The notes under the pieces were generated by a model. The model searched no databases and was not told the DNA's origin. It saw only the letters and a program-made list of their open reading frames with translations. Shown here one piece after another: positions 28,707 through 38,207 of a stretch of DNA of 64,000 nt. The stretch comes from Acidobacteriota bacterium. Lineage in GTDB: Bacteria; Acidobacteriota; UBA6911; RPQK01; JAJDTT01. Both the position numbers and the translations under genes were made by a program. How positions within the stretch are numbered: the stretch's first letter is position 1; each line of letters starts with the position of its first letter. Location: assembly GCA_965217775.1 (NCBI GenBank), contig CBDCJH010000002.1, positions 3,456,001 to 3,520,000 on the forward strand, in the 5' to 3' direction.

Positions 28707-28843
28707 ACAGATATCTTAATCATTGGCATCAGGTTGCCGTCAATGATGGACTCGCTCCGCCGTGATGATCCGATAGGGGGAGGTGGTTTCACCGCATCCG
28801 TAGCTCCGCCGCCCTGCGGGACGGCGCACGAAGTCCGTCATTT

Positions 28844-30052
28844 TCAATGACCATTGACAGTTGACGATGCCTGCATCCTACCCCGGCGGCGGGCTCCAAA
28901 TCGTCGCTCCGATGTAGCGCTCGCGGCCGAGGCCTCGTCGGTGAAGTAGTAGACCGCGACCACCTTTCCGTCCGGTCTCTGGACGGCCCGGACGTAGCCG
29001 ATGTCGCGGCTGGCACCGTCGTCTCGGAGCGTGATGTGGTCGCCCCAAGTCCGGCCGCCGTCGCTGGTGAGCACCGCGCGAATGCTGTAGGGCTCGGCCC
29101 GGTAGCCGTAGAGCAGGCAGATACGTCCGTCCCGCAACTGGATCATGGCTGGCGGGTTTCCGATACCCGCGTCGGGAACTGCGTCATTGAGGTATTCCCA
29201 CGACAAGCCGTTGTCGGTGGACAAGTACGTGGCGATCCACCGTCGAGGCCCTTCGTGATCGCGGACCGTCACCAGGATGTCCGTGTCGCTGAGCCGCAGG
29301 GACGCGGGCATGATGGAAAAACCCTCCCCCTGTTCGGGGGCGATCCAGGAAAGGAACATCCAGGTCTTTCCGCCGTCGGTTGTGCGGACGCAGAGGGGGC
29401 GGCCCTCCAGTCCGTTCGGCTTTGCCGCCGTGATGAACAGGGTGCACGTTTCTTGGCCGTCGACGATGTAGTCGGTCCGCGGGGCGATTCCGGGAGTATC
29501 GAAGTTGGGCAGCCGGAAGGGGCCGTCCCAGGAACGCCCCCGGTCATTGGAGTAGAACACCCGGCCGATTCCGGCGTGAATGCTGTTGGTGCGGACCGTC
29601 AACGCGAAGTCGGGATGGGTGAAGTCGATGCCGCCCTCGCTCTCCCGCAAGGGAGGGATGGTCACGCCCGGCCGCGTGACTCCGTGCAGATACCCCCCCT
29701 CGGTGAGCAGGTACCCGTTGGCTCCCGGATCCTCCAGCGACCAGGTCTCACCGCCGTCCAGGCTCCTGGCCAGCATGGGAATCTCGGGTTTTTCGCGGTC
29801 GATGTGGTGGCTCAGACCCTGATCCTTGTAGTAGCCCATGCCGAATCCGACGAGAATCTCCTCACCCCAACTCCAGATCCCGTGGTTGGCCGGCCACCCG
29901 CCGAACATCCCCTTCTCGAAATAGACCTTGACGTGGCGAGGCTCGTCCGCCGGATCCGCACCCTCACTGCTCGATCCCGAGTCGTCGGGGACTGTGCAGG
30001 CAACGGCCCCGATCGCCAGGACGCCTGCTGCGGCAAAGTTTCTCCAAGTCAT
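28844..30052 (-). CDS. Sialidase-like BNR/Asp-box lipoprotein (C-terminal frameshift)
   Basis: Lipobox AVAC; Asp boxes SLDGGETW, SNDRGRSW, TTDGGKTW, STDNGLSW, TSDGGRTW. Confidence 0.85.
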   Translation of the reverse strand: MTWRNFAAAGVLAIGAVACTVPDDSGSSSEGADPADEPRHVKVYFEKGMFGGWPANHGIWSWGEEILVGFGMGYYKDQGLSHHIDREKPEIPMLARSLDGGETWSLEDPGANGYLLTEGGYLHGVTRPGVTIPPLRESEGGIDFTHPDFALTVRTNSIHAGIGRVFYSNDRGRSWDGPFRLPNFDTPGIAPRTDYIVDGQETCTLFITAAKPNGLEGRPLCVRTTDGGKTWMFLSWIAPEQGEGFSIMPASLRLSDTDILVTVRDHEGPRRWIATYLSTDNGLSWEYLNDAVPDAGIGNPPAMIQLRDGRICLLYGYRAEPYSIRAVLTSDGGRTWGDHITLRDDGASRDIGYVRAVQRPDGKVVAVYYFTDEASAASATSERRFGARRRGRMQASSTVNGH

Positions 30053-30262
30053 GGGATCCTCCATCTCTGCTTCACAATTCGCCCGAAGGCTATACCGGAA
30101 TACCCGCCGCCGAACATACGGATCGCGGTCCATGTTGACAAGGCGCGGCGGATTCCTGTGTTTGGGGCTGGCCTTAGAACATCCGGGATCAGAGCAGAGA
30201 AAAGGCCCTGATCAACGCTCCATACCCAAGCCCTGCAATCTGCTACATTCAACGGACCCGAC

Positions 30263-32377
30263 ATGAACCACAGCGAGATCACCAGCTTCATCTGGGGTGT
30301 GGCGGACCTGATCCGTGACACCTTCAAGCGCGGAAAGTACCAGGACGTGATCCTCCCGCTCACCGTGCTCCGCCGACTCGATTGCGTGCTGGCCCCTAAG
30401 AAAGCAAAGGTACTGGAGGTCCAGGCCAGGTACGCGGGCAGGATCGAAAACCCCGACGGGCTGCTTCAGGGCGCTTCCGGATTCGCCTTCTACAACACCT
30501 CCCGCTACGACTTCCCGAAGCTGCTCGCCGATGCGCCGCACATCGCTCAGAACCTGCGCAACTACATCGCCGGGTTCAGCCCCAACATGCGCGAGGTGCT
30601 GGAGAAGTTCGACTTCGACAACACCATCTCCAAGCTCGACGAGGGGGGCCTCCTCTTCCTGGTCATGCAGCGCTTCGGCAACCCCAAGAAGGTGAATCTC
30701 CACCCGGACGCCATCGACAACTTCACCATGGGCACGATCTTCGAGGAGCTCATCCGGAAGTTCAACGAGGCGCTGAACGAGAACCCCGGCGAGCACTTCA
30801 CCCCCCGCGACGTGGTCCATCTCATGGTGGACCTGATGCTGGCCGGTGACGGGGAAGAACTGCGCAGGAAGGGCGTTGCGCGGAGCGTCTACGACCCTTG
30901 CTGCGGCTCCGGCGGCATGCTCACCATCGCCAAGGAACACACGGTCCTCGGCGAGCTACGAGAGGGCAAGCGCCTGGGCGACCCCGTGAACCCGGACGCT
31001 GACATCCACCTTTTCGGCCAGGAGGTGAACCCGGAGACCTTCGCCATCTGCAAATCGGACCTCTTCATGAAGTCGAAAGACGGCCGCGACGCGAAGAGGG
31101 TCCTGTTCGGGAGCACGCTCTCGAACGACCGGCACTCCGGAACCGGCTTCGACTACATGATCGCCAATCCGCCCTACGGCAAGGACTGGAAGCGCGACCG
31201 GGACGCGGTTCGGACCGAGCACGACCGGGGCGCCGCCGGCCGTTTCGCACCGGGCCTGCCCCGGATCAGCGACGGCCAGCTCCTGTTCCTGCTGCACATG
31301 CTCGCGCACACGAAGGAGCCGGACCAGGGCGGATCGAGGGTGGCCATCATCATGAACGGCTCACCCCTCTTCACCGGCGATGCCGGCAGCGGCGAGAGCG
31401 AGATCCGGCGCTGGATCCTCGAAAACGACCTGCTCGAGGCGCTCATCGCACTGCCCGAGCAACTCTTCTACAACACCGGGATCGCCACCTACGTCTGGGT
31501 GCTGACGAACCGGAAGCGGCCCGAGCGGCGCGGCAAGGTCCAGCTCATCAACGCCACGTCGTTCTGGGTCCTGCTGCGAAAGAGCCTGGGCGCCAAGCGC
31601 CGCGAGGTCCCGTTCGACCGCAAGGAGGACATCCTGCGGCTACGGGAGGACTTCGAGGACGGTGCGACCCGCAAGGTGGACGATAACGGCGAGGAACGGG
31701 AGGTGGTCGTCAGCCGCATCTACCCCACCACCCACTTCGGCTTCCGCAAGATCACGGTCGAACGGCCGCTCCGGCTCGATTTCCAAGCCAGCCCCGAGCG
31801 GATCGCACGCCTCGACAACCAGCGCGCCTTCATCAACCTGGCCCGATCGCGCAAGCGGGGTGCGGCCAAGGCCAAGGACGAGGCGGCGGGCCGAGAGAAG
31901 CAAGCCGCGATCCGCGCCATCCTCCGTCGTCTGCCCGGCCGGCTCTTTCTGGATCGGGCAGTCTTCGAATCCGAACTCTCCCGTGCAACGCAAACTGCCG
32001 GGCTGAAACTCACCGCGCCTATCAAGAAAGCCGTGCTCTCCGCCGTGTCCGAGCGAAACGCCGAAGCCGAGGTCTGCCGGGACCGGAAGGGCCGTCCTGA
32101 GCCCGATCCAAAGCTCCGCGACACCGAGAACGTACCCCTCCTGGAGGATGTCGAGTCCTTCTTCGAGCGCGAGGTGAGGCCCCACGTTCCCGACGCCTGG
32201 ATCGATTCGAAGCGCCGGGACCCCCAGGACGGAAAGGTCGGGCTCGTGGGCTACGAGATCAACTTCAATCGCTACTTCTACGAATACCGGCCACCCCGTC
32301 CCTTGGAGGAGATCGAGGCCGACATCTGGCGGGTGGAGAAGGAGATCGCGGCGATGCTGCAAGAGATGCGCGTTTGA
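30263..32377 (+). CDS. hsdM: Type I R-M methyltransferase subunit
   Basis: GEHFTPRDVV, YDPCCGSGGML, NPPY, SDGQLLF, FYNTGIATY, GYEINFNRYFY. Confidence 0.96.
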   Translation: MNHSEITSFIWGVADLIRDTFKRGKYQDVILPLTVLRRLDCVLAPKKAKVLEVQARYAGRIENPDGLLQGASGFAFYNTSRYDFPKLLADAPHIAQNLRNYIAGFSPNMREVLEKFDFDNTISKLDEGGLLFLVMQRFGNPKKVNLHPDAIDNFTMGTIFEELIRKFNEALNENPGEHFTPRDVVHLMVDLMLAGDGEELRRKGVARSVYDPCCGSGGMLTIAKEHTVLGELREGKRLGDPVNPDADIHLFGQEVNPETFAICKSDLFMKSKDGRDAKRVLFGSTLSNDRHSGTGFDYMIANPPYGKDWKRDRDAVRTEHDRGAAGRFAPGLPRISDGQLLFLLHMLAHTKEPDQGGSRVAIIMNGSPLFTGDAGSGESEIRRWILENDLLEALIALPEQLFYNTGIATYVWVLTNRKRPERRGKVQLINATSFWVLLRKSLGAKRREVPFDRKEDILRLREDFEDGATRKVDDNGEEREVVVSRIYPTTHFGFRKITVERPLRLDFQASPERIARLDNQRAFINLARSRKRGAAKAKDEAAGREKQAAIRAILRRLPGRLFLDRAVFESELSRATQTAGLKLTAPIKKAVLSAVSERNAEAEVCRDRKGRPEPDPKLRDTENVPLLEDVESFFEREVRPHVPDAWIDSKRRDPQDGKVGLVGYEINFNRYFYEYRPPRPLEEIEADIWRVEKEIAAMLQEMRV

Positions 32378-32510
32378 CGCCGGCCTATCTGCGGCGGCTG
32401 CGGGTCAGGCAGACCGAGCGGAGACTGTCGCCGCTCCCCGTCAGTCTCCTTCATGCACTTCATGGCACTTGACACGCACTCGGCGCCACAAGTCTACCGT
32501 GTCTACCTTC

Positions 32511-32539
32511 TTGACACATACTTGGTGTGGCACTAACAT
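32511..32539 (+). promoter_or_regulatory. Sigma70 promoter of the CopG-VapC cassette
   Basis: TTGACA-N17-TAACAT, 8 nt before ATG 32548. Confidence 0.65.
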
Positions 32540-32547
32540 CACGGTCC

Positions 32548-32853
32548 ATGGGAGACTCGCGGCGAGTCCAAGTGACGCTCGATGCGAGAGCGTACGCGGC
32601 GGTGTCGCGGATTGCACGACGCGAAGGGATGAAGTTGGCCGCAGTCGTGCGGGAGGCCGTCGAGCAGTACTGCGTTCTGCCGGAGGCGCGGCAACGCCGA
32701 TTGGAGGCCATCGACAGGCTGTACGCGACGGGTGCGGTCCCAGCACCGGAATCGCTGCCGGAGTGGGAGCGCCAGTACAGCCGGCGGAAGGTCGGCCTGG
32801 CTACCGGTTGTCTCCACACCACCGAAGGTTCGGGGAGTCACGAGGACAGTTGA
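32548..32853 (+). CDS. CopG/RHH antitoxin
   Basis: RRVQVTLDARAYAAVSRIARREGMKLAAVVREAVE; overlaps the toxin start. Confidence 0.8.
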   Translation: MGDSRRVQVTLDARAYAAVSRIARREGMKLAAVVREAVEQYCVLPEARQRRLEAIDRLYATGAVPAPESLPEWERQYSRRKVGLATGCLHTTEGSGSHEDS

Positions 32854-33278
32854 CGAGCGTGCGTGACTCGCTGTTTGTGGACGCCAACGTGTTCATGTAC
32901 CTCGCGGGCAGTGACGCCCCGTACCGGGAGGCCTGCCGACGGGCTCTGCTGGCCGCGGCTGACAAGGGGGCCAAGCTGATTACCAGCACGGAAGTCCTGC
33001 AGGAGATCCTCCACTACCATGCCGCCCGACGGCGGCCCGATGACGCCCGAACCGTGTACCAGGCGGTGACAGACATCTGCGACGAGATCCTGCCGGTGAC
33101 GGAACACCAAACGGCCCGCGCGCTCGAACTGCTGGTGCGGCATCCCGGGTTGCCGGCGCGAGACGCCCTGCACGTCGCGACGATGGAGGCCCGCGGCGTG
33201 GAGCGGTTGCTGTCGGCAGACCGGCACTTCGATCAGATCGACACCGTCACGCGTGTCGACCCGCTCGCCCCCTCTTGA
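32850..33278 (+). CDS. VapC PIN-domain toxin
   Basis: FVDANVFMY, TSTEVLQEILH, ARDALHVATM, LSADRHFD. Confidence 0.9.
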   Translation: MTSVRDSLFVDANVFMYLAGSDAPYREACRRALLAAADKGAKLITSTEVLQEILHYHAARRRPDDARTVYQAVTDICDEILPVTEHQTARALELLVRHPGLPARDALHVATMEARGVERLLSADRHFDQIDTVTRVDPLAPS

Positions 33279-33279
33279 T

Positions 33280-33354
33280 CCTCCGTCTGCCCTGGACGAC
33301 GAACAGGCGGAGAATGAGACCGTGGTCATACTGCAGGACACGACGGCGAGTTGA
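33280..33354 (+). pseudogene. Relic hsdM 3' end
   Basis: Translates as PPSALDDEQAENETVVILQDTTAS*, versus HsdM end PPRPLEEIEADIWRVEKEIAAMLQEMRV*; 28/39 nt identity in the distal part. Confidence 0.6.
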
Positions 33355-33528
33355 TCTCCAGGCGCGAGCGCCTCGGGCACGCGAGATTCGAGCCAAGCGA
33401 TTAGAGTCAGCCTGAACCTGCAGATCTTCGACCGCCACGGATCTCCCGCTTGGGTCGCGCCGGTGCAGGGTGCGTTGCCACCAGACCTGTTCTTGGACTA
33501 CATTATGGTCATCGACAGGAGGTAGACC

Positions 33529-33804
33529 ATGTTCCTGTCAGACCGGATCAAGCCGATCAGTTACCTGAAGGCCCACGCATCCGAGGTGATCCGCACGCTC
33601 AAGGACCGGCAGGGCCCTCTGATCGTCACCCAGAACGGCGAAGCCAAGGCGGTCGTGCAAGACATCGACAGCTACGAGCGGATGCAGGAGAGCATCGCCC
33701 TGCTCAAGATGCTTGCGCTTGGCAACCGTCAGATTGAAGCGGGTCAGGTGCAGTCGGCCGCGCGGGTCATGGCGCGGATTCGGGAACGGCAACAGGCCGA
33801 TTGA
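33529..33804 (+). CDS. Phd/YefM antitoxin
   Basis: IKPISYLKAHASEVI, PLIVTQNGEAKAVVQD; AGGAGG RBS. Confidence 0.92.
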   Translation: MFLSDRIKPISYLKAHASEVIRTLKDRQGPLIVTQNGEAKAVVQDIDSYERMQESIALLKMLALGNRQIEAGQVQSAARVMARIRERQQAD

Positions 33805-34130
33805 TGCCGTTCGTGGTGCAGTTGACCGATGACGCCGCAGACGACTTGGAAGAGATAGTCGACTACTTCTCCCGTCAGGATGCGCCGAGGAGAGTGGAAC
33901 CTGTTCTCGAACGCATCGAGCAGGCCTTCCGAACGCTGTCCGCGTTCCCCGAACATGGCAGCTACCCGAGGGAGTTGTCGAACCTCGGAGTTCGGGAGTA
34001 CCGCCAACTGCTCTTCAAGCCATACCGGATGATCTACCGGGTGATTGACGACACCGTTTACGTGCTGGTCAACGCAGACGGGCGACGTGACATGCGGGGG
34101 TTGCTGGAACGGCGCCTGCTGGACGCTTAG
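33804..34130 (+). CDS. RelE/ParE toxin
   Basis: VQLTDDAADDLEEI, LSAFPEHG, YRQLLFKPYRMIYRV, DGRRDM. Confidence 0.9.
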   Translation: MPFVVQLTDDAADDLEEIVDYFSRQDAPRRVEPVLERIEQAFRTLSAFPEHGSYPRELSNLGVREYRQLLFKPYRMIYRVIDDTVYVLVNADGRRDMRGLLERRLLDA

Positions 34131-34326
34131 CCCGAATTTCTCACCAAGTCGCTGAGTATATGAAGAAAACCCTCTTTTATTCATATACCTGCAGTTATTT
34201 CGTGACAGCATCCCAGGCACAGACTGCGCTGGGTACTCCCTCGATAGTTTTTCCGCCGTTTGCTGGCGCCTCGCTGAAGGGGATGGCGGGGTGACGGCTT
34301 CGACGGCCTGATCGAAGCAAGAACAA

Positions 34327-34358
34327 AATGTCGGCATTTGTATTTATGTGCCGACATT
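34327..34358. promoter_or_regulatory. AbiEi operator inverted repeat 1
   Basis: Perfect AATGTCGGCA-N12-TGCCGACATT immediately upstream of -10 TACTAT. Confidence 0.75.
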
Positions 34359-34373
34359 CTTTACTATGCGTCC

Positions 34374-34976
34374 ATGGCTGAACTCACTGCGGCCGCGCTC
34401 GAAGCAGCCGGCATTGGAGCGTTTTTCCGGCCGCGAGATATTGAGACGCTCGGTGTCCCGTACCGTCGCCTCCGCGGACTCGTTGCGGCCGGCGCCGTGG
34501 AGAACCTCGGCGGCGGCCTTTATCGGCTGGCCGAGATTGAGCCGACCGAGCTGGAAACGGTCGCCATGGTGGCCGCTGCCGTCCCGCACGCCATCGTCTG
34601 CCTGATGACCGCGCTCCGCGTTTACGAAATCGGAACCGAATCCCCTCACGAAGTCTGGATCGCCATTAACCGCAAGGCGCGCCGCCCTGCCCGAGTGCCG
34701 GCGCAGATTCGCGTCGTCTGGTTCTCGAAGGCGATGCTCACCTACGGAGTTGTGCGCCGCCCGATGCTCGGCGTGCCGGTTGCCATCACATCGCCGGCCC
34801 GGACGGTCGTCGACTGCTTTCGGTACCGCAACAAACTCGGCCTCGACACCGCGCTGGAGGCGCTCCGGGACGTGCTGCGCCAACGGCTCGCCACCGTGGA
34901 TGAGATCATGCGCGCAGCCAGCGTCTGCCGGGCGCGCACGGTCCTGCAGCCCTACATGGAAGCAGTTCTGTCGTGA
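34374..34976 (+). CDS. Type IV TA antitoxin AbiEi (copy 1)
   Basis: wHTH with GLYRL; AIVCLMTAL, PHEVWIAI, TSPARTVVDCFRYRNKLG. Confidence 0.9.
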   Translation: MAELTAAALEAAGIGAFFRPRDIETLGVPYRRLRGLVAAGAVENLGGGLYRLAEIEPTELETVAMVAAAVPHAIVCLMTALRVYEIGTESPHEVWIAINRKARRPARVPAQIRVVWFSKAMLTYGVVRRPMLGVPVAITSPARTVVDCFRYRNKLGLDTALEALRDVLRQRLATVDEIMRAASVCRARTVLQPYMEAVLS

Positions 34977-35110
34977 CGAGACGCCATCTCAAGAACGTCG
35001 CGGCGTCCGTCCGCGACCGGCTGCTCGCTCGCAGTCGCGAGACCGGTGAGGAGGCCGAGGCTAACATCCTGGAGAAGGAAATTGTGGCCCTGTTTTCCGA
35101 GATAACCGGC
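34973..35110 (+). pseudogene. Truncated AbiEii 5' end fused to a relic hsdM 3' end
   Basis: KNVAASVRDRLLARSRETG (AbiEii N-terminus) joined at ~35048 to EEAEANILEKEIVALFSEITG (HsdM-like C-terminus). Confidence 0.75.
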
Positions 35111-35121
35111 CAACGACTGAT

Positions 35122-35153
35122 AATGTCGTCAAATATTAATGGTTGCCAACATT
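35122..35153. promoter_or_regulatory. AbiEi operator inverted repeat 2
   Basis: AATGTCGTCA-N12-TGCCAACATT, same architecture as repeat 1. Confidence 0.65.
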
Positions 35154-35189
35154 TTGACCTAGACGGCTCACACAGGTTATGTTCATGGC

Positions 35190-35846
35190 ATGCATGAAGC
35201 GAAAGGCAACCAACTGCACACATCTGCCGGCATTTCAGTACGATATTCCGCGACAGGCAACTCTAGCCTGCAGCGGCTCGGCTCCAAAACATTCTTCCGT
35301 TCGCGCGACGCGGCCGCTCTGGGCGTCCACTCACGTGCGCTACGGCGCCTGGTGGATGACGGTTCGATCGAGCGAGTGGCGCGCGGGCTCTACCGCCTCG
35401 CCCACGTGGAACCGACAGAGCACTACACTCGAGCCGCCGTCTGCGCCCGGGTCCCAAGCGCCGTTGTCTGCCTGCTGACGGCCCTGAGCGTCTACGAGAT
35501 CGGCACGCAGCTCCCACACGAGGTCTGGATCGCCATTCCGCACAAGGCCCGCACGCCCCGCCTGCCCGGGCTGCCGGTCCGGGTGGTGCGATTCTCCGGG
35601 GTCAGGCTGCGCTACGGCGTCGTGAACACGACCTTCGAGGGGGTCCCCGTTCGTATCACGAGCCCGGCCCGCACCGTGGTGGACTGCTTCCGCTTCCGGC
35701 GGCTGGTCGGCAAGGACGTCGCGATCGAGGCGCTACGCGACGCCCTGCGCGACCGCAAGGCGAGCGTCGACCAGATCTGGCGGGCCGCCGAGGTGTGCCG
35801 CGCAAAGTCGCTCGTCGGGCCGGCACTCGATGTGCTGACAGCATGA
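35190..35846 (+). CDS. Type IV TA antitoxin AbiEi (copy 2)
   Basis: ERVARGLYRL, AVVCLLTAL, PHEVWIAI, TSPARTVVDCFRFR. Confidence 0.9.
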   Translation: MHEAKGNQLHTSAGISVRYSATGNSSLQRLGSKTFFRSRDAAALGVHSRALRRLVDDGSIERVARGLYRLAHVEPTEHYTRAAVCARVPSAVVCLLTALSVYEIGTQLPHEVWIAIPHKARTPRLPGLPVRVVRFSGVRLRYGVVNTTFEGVPVRITSPARTVVDCFRFRRLVGKDVAIEALRDALRDRKASVDQIWRAAEVCRAKSLVGPALDVLTA

Positions 35847-36814
35847 CTCCTCGAAAGGCGATCCGGGACATACCCGCATCCATCCGGCAGCGCTTGCTGA
35901 ACCTCGCCCGCCGGCAAGTGACCGATTTCGAGCGCGTGCTCCAACGCTACGCGGTCGAGCGTTTCCTCTACCGCCTCTCCGCCTCGGACGAGGTGGACCG
36001 CTTCACGCTGAAGGGAGCCGCGCTTCTCCGCGTGTGGACCGGACAGGAACTGCGCCCCACGCGGGATATCGACTTCCTGGCCCGCGGCGCCCGAGATGAA
36101 GCCGCCATTCGCACCGCCCTGCGGGCCGTCTGCCGCATTTCCTGTCGAGAGGACGGCGTCGTCTTCGACCCGGCCACGATCTCAATCACGAGCATCCGCA
36201 TCGATCAGCCGGACGGCGGCTGCCGGGCGCGGATCCGGGGCAGCCTTGGGCGGATCCGGCTCGCGGTCCCGGTCGACATCGGCTTCGGCGATGTCGTCAC
36301 CCTGGGCCGCAGGGAGGAGAACTACCCCACACTGCTCGACCTGCCCGCTCCCCGACTCTGGACATACCCGCGCGAGACGCTGGTCGCCGAGAAGTTCCAC
36401 GCGATGGCCAGTCTGGGTGACAGGAACTCGCGCGTGAAGGACCTCTGGGACATCGCCTGCCTCGCGCGCCGCTTCAGGTTCGACGGCGACATTCTGCGCA
36501 CCGCCATCGCGGAGACGTTCCGCCACCGCGGGACGCCGTTCACGGGCGGACGGCCGACGGCGCTGCTGGCCGGCTACTACAGCGACCACGAGGCCCCCGG
36601 GCGCGGGCAACGCTGGCGCGAGATGCGACGGCAGATCGGGACCGACATCGATGGGCCGGATCGCCTCGTGGACGTCGGCGAGGAGCTGCGCCGTTTCCTG
36701 GGACCGCTCTGCGACAGCCTGATCGCGGAGAGCCCGTTCACCCAGGCCTGGCCCGCTGGTGGACCGTGGCGGCCGGGGATTCGGGCACGGACGGGAGGCG
36801 GGGGCGGTGACTGA
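35843..36814 (+). CDS. Type IV TA toxin AbiEii (nucleotidyltransferase)
   Basis: ASIRQRLLN, FTLKGAALL, RPTRDIDF, VDIGFGD, ETLVAEKFHAM, NSRVKDLWDI. Confidence 0.92.
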   Translation: MTPRKAIRDIPASIRQRLLNLARRQVTDFERVLQRYAVERFLYRLSASDEVDRFTLKGAALLRVWTGQELRPTRDIDFLARGARDEAAIRTALRAVCRISCREDGVVFDPATISITSIRIDQPDGGCRARIRGSLGRIRLAVPVDIGFGDVVTLGRREENYPTLLDLPAPRLWTYPRETLVAEKFHAMASLGDRNSRVKDLWDIACLARRFRFDGDILRTAIAETFRHRGTPFTGGRPTALLAGYYSDHEAPGRGQRWREMRRQIGTDIDGPDRLVDVGEELRRFLGPLCDSLIAESPFTQAWPAGGPWRPGIRARTGGGGGD

Positions 36815-38207
36815 GGCGACCGACCGCGTGACCGAAGGAAATGATCGGATCGACGAACTTCAACGACGGCCCTTTCCTTCCTACTCGAAGTACAGGGACT
36901 CCGGCGTCGAGTGGCTAGGCGAGATTCCGGCACATTGGAACCCAAAGCCATTTAAGGCGTCTCTGGTTCGCAATGACAGCGGTGTTTGGGGTGAGGACTT
37001 CGATGACGACGGAACCATCGTCTTGCGGTCTACCGACCAAACCAAGCGGGGCAGGTGGAGGATTACAGAACCAGCTCGAAGGCGACTCAGCGCTCGCGAA
37101 GCGACCTACGCCAAGCTTTTGTGGGGAGATCTGCTCGTCACGAAGTCGAGTGGAAGCGTACACCATATCGGGAAGACATCCGTTGTCGATGAGGCAATTG
37201 CAGCCCTGAACTGCTGCTACTCCAACTTCATGCAGCGCCTGAGGGTTTCGACCGAACACGTTCCCCGGTTCTTCTGGTATTTCATGAACTGTCCACCTGC
37301 GCGCGAGCAGCTTATTTTCCTCTCATCGACCACAACCGGGCTCGGGAATCTGAACGGCTCTATTATCGGAGCCATTCGCATACCGATGGCACCGGCAGAA
37401 GAGCAGCGCCTAATTGCCGAATTCCTCGACCGCGAGACGGCGAAGATTGATGCGCTGGTGGCGGGGAAGGAGCGGCTGATCGAGTTGCTTCAGGAGAAAC
37501 GCATCGCCCTCATCACGGTTGCCGTCACCCGGGGTCTCGATCCGAACATCCCCATGAAGGACTCCGGCGTCGAGTGGCTGGGCGCGATCCCGACACACTG
37601 GAAGCTTGAGCCGCTCAAACGCCTTCTAAGCCGAAGTGACTATGGAATATCGGAGAGCTTGAAAGTAGGAGGTGATATCCGAGTTCTAACTATGGCGCAC
37701 ATTCAAGATGGCGAGGTTGTATTGCCCCGTGATGGCAGCATCAATGAAATCGACCGGTCAATGATGCTTGAGTCCGGCGACCTTCTGTTCAACAGAACCA
37801 ACAGCCGTGAACTCGTAGGTAAGGTCGGTATATTTCGTGGCGACCACGATGATTGCGTGACCTTTGCATCGTACCTTGTAAGGTTAACCCCGCGTCAGCA
37901 CGTCGAACCCGAATGGCTTAACTACCTGCTCAACTCCACTGGCGTTCTTGGAATGGCGCGAAGCACGGCATTACTTAGTGTTAACCAAGCCAATCTCAAT
38001 CCAACCAAGCACCAGCAATTCATCATGCCTGTGCCCGCACCTTCTGAACAGCGGACCATCGCAGGTTTCCTACGCGCTGAGACCGCGAAGATCGATTCCC
38101 ACATCGTCAAGATCCGGCAGGCAATTAACTACCTCCACGAATTTCGCACCGCTCTTATCTCCGCGGCGGTCACCGGCAAGATCGACGTCCGGGAGGGAGC
38201 GCGATGA
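36807..38207 (+). CDS. hsdS: Type I R-M specificity subunit
   Basis: Two repeats of DSGVEWLG.IP.HW and EQR.IA.FL..ETAKID flank two lower-GC TRDs; ends ALISAAVTGKIDVR. Confidence 0.95.
   Translation: MTEATDRVTEGNDRIDELQRRPFPSYSKYRDSGVEWLGEIPAHWNPKPFKASLVRNDSGVWGEDFDDDGTIVLRSTDQTKRGRWRITEPARRRLSAREATYAKLLWGDLLVTKSSGSVHHIGKTSVVDEAIAALNCCYSNFMQRLRVSTEHVPRFFWYFMNCPPAREQLIFLSSTTTGLGNLNGSIIGAIRIPMAPAEEQRLIAEFLDRETAKIDALVAGKERLIELLQEKRIALITVAVTRGLDPNIPMKDSGVEWLGAIPTHWKLEPLKRLLSRSDYGISESLKVGGDIRVLTMAHIQDGEVVLPRDGSINEIDRSMMLESGDLLFNRTNSRELVGKVGIFRGDHDDCVTFASYLVRLTPRQHVEPEWLNYLLNSTGVLGMARSTALLSVNQANLNPTKHQQFIMPVPAPSEQRTIAGFLRAETAKIDSHIVKIRQAINYLHEFRTALISAAVTGKIDVREGAR

Noticed and set aside
34250-34294. 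Third hsdM-end relic (SLKGMAG*) before the first AbiE cassette
   Set aside because: Similarity is too short and weak to support.
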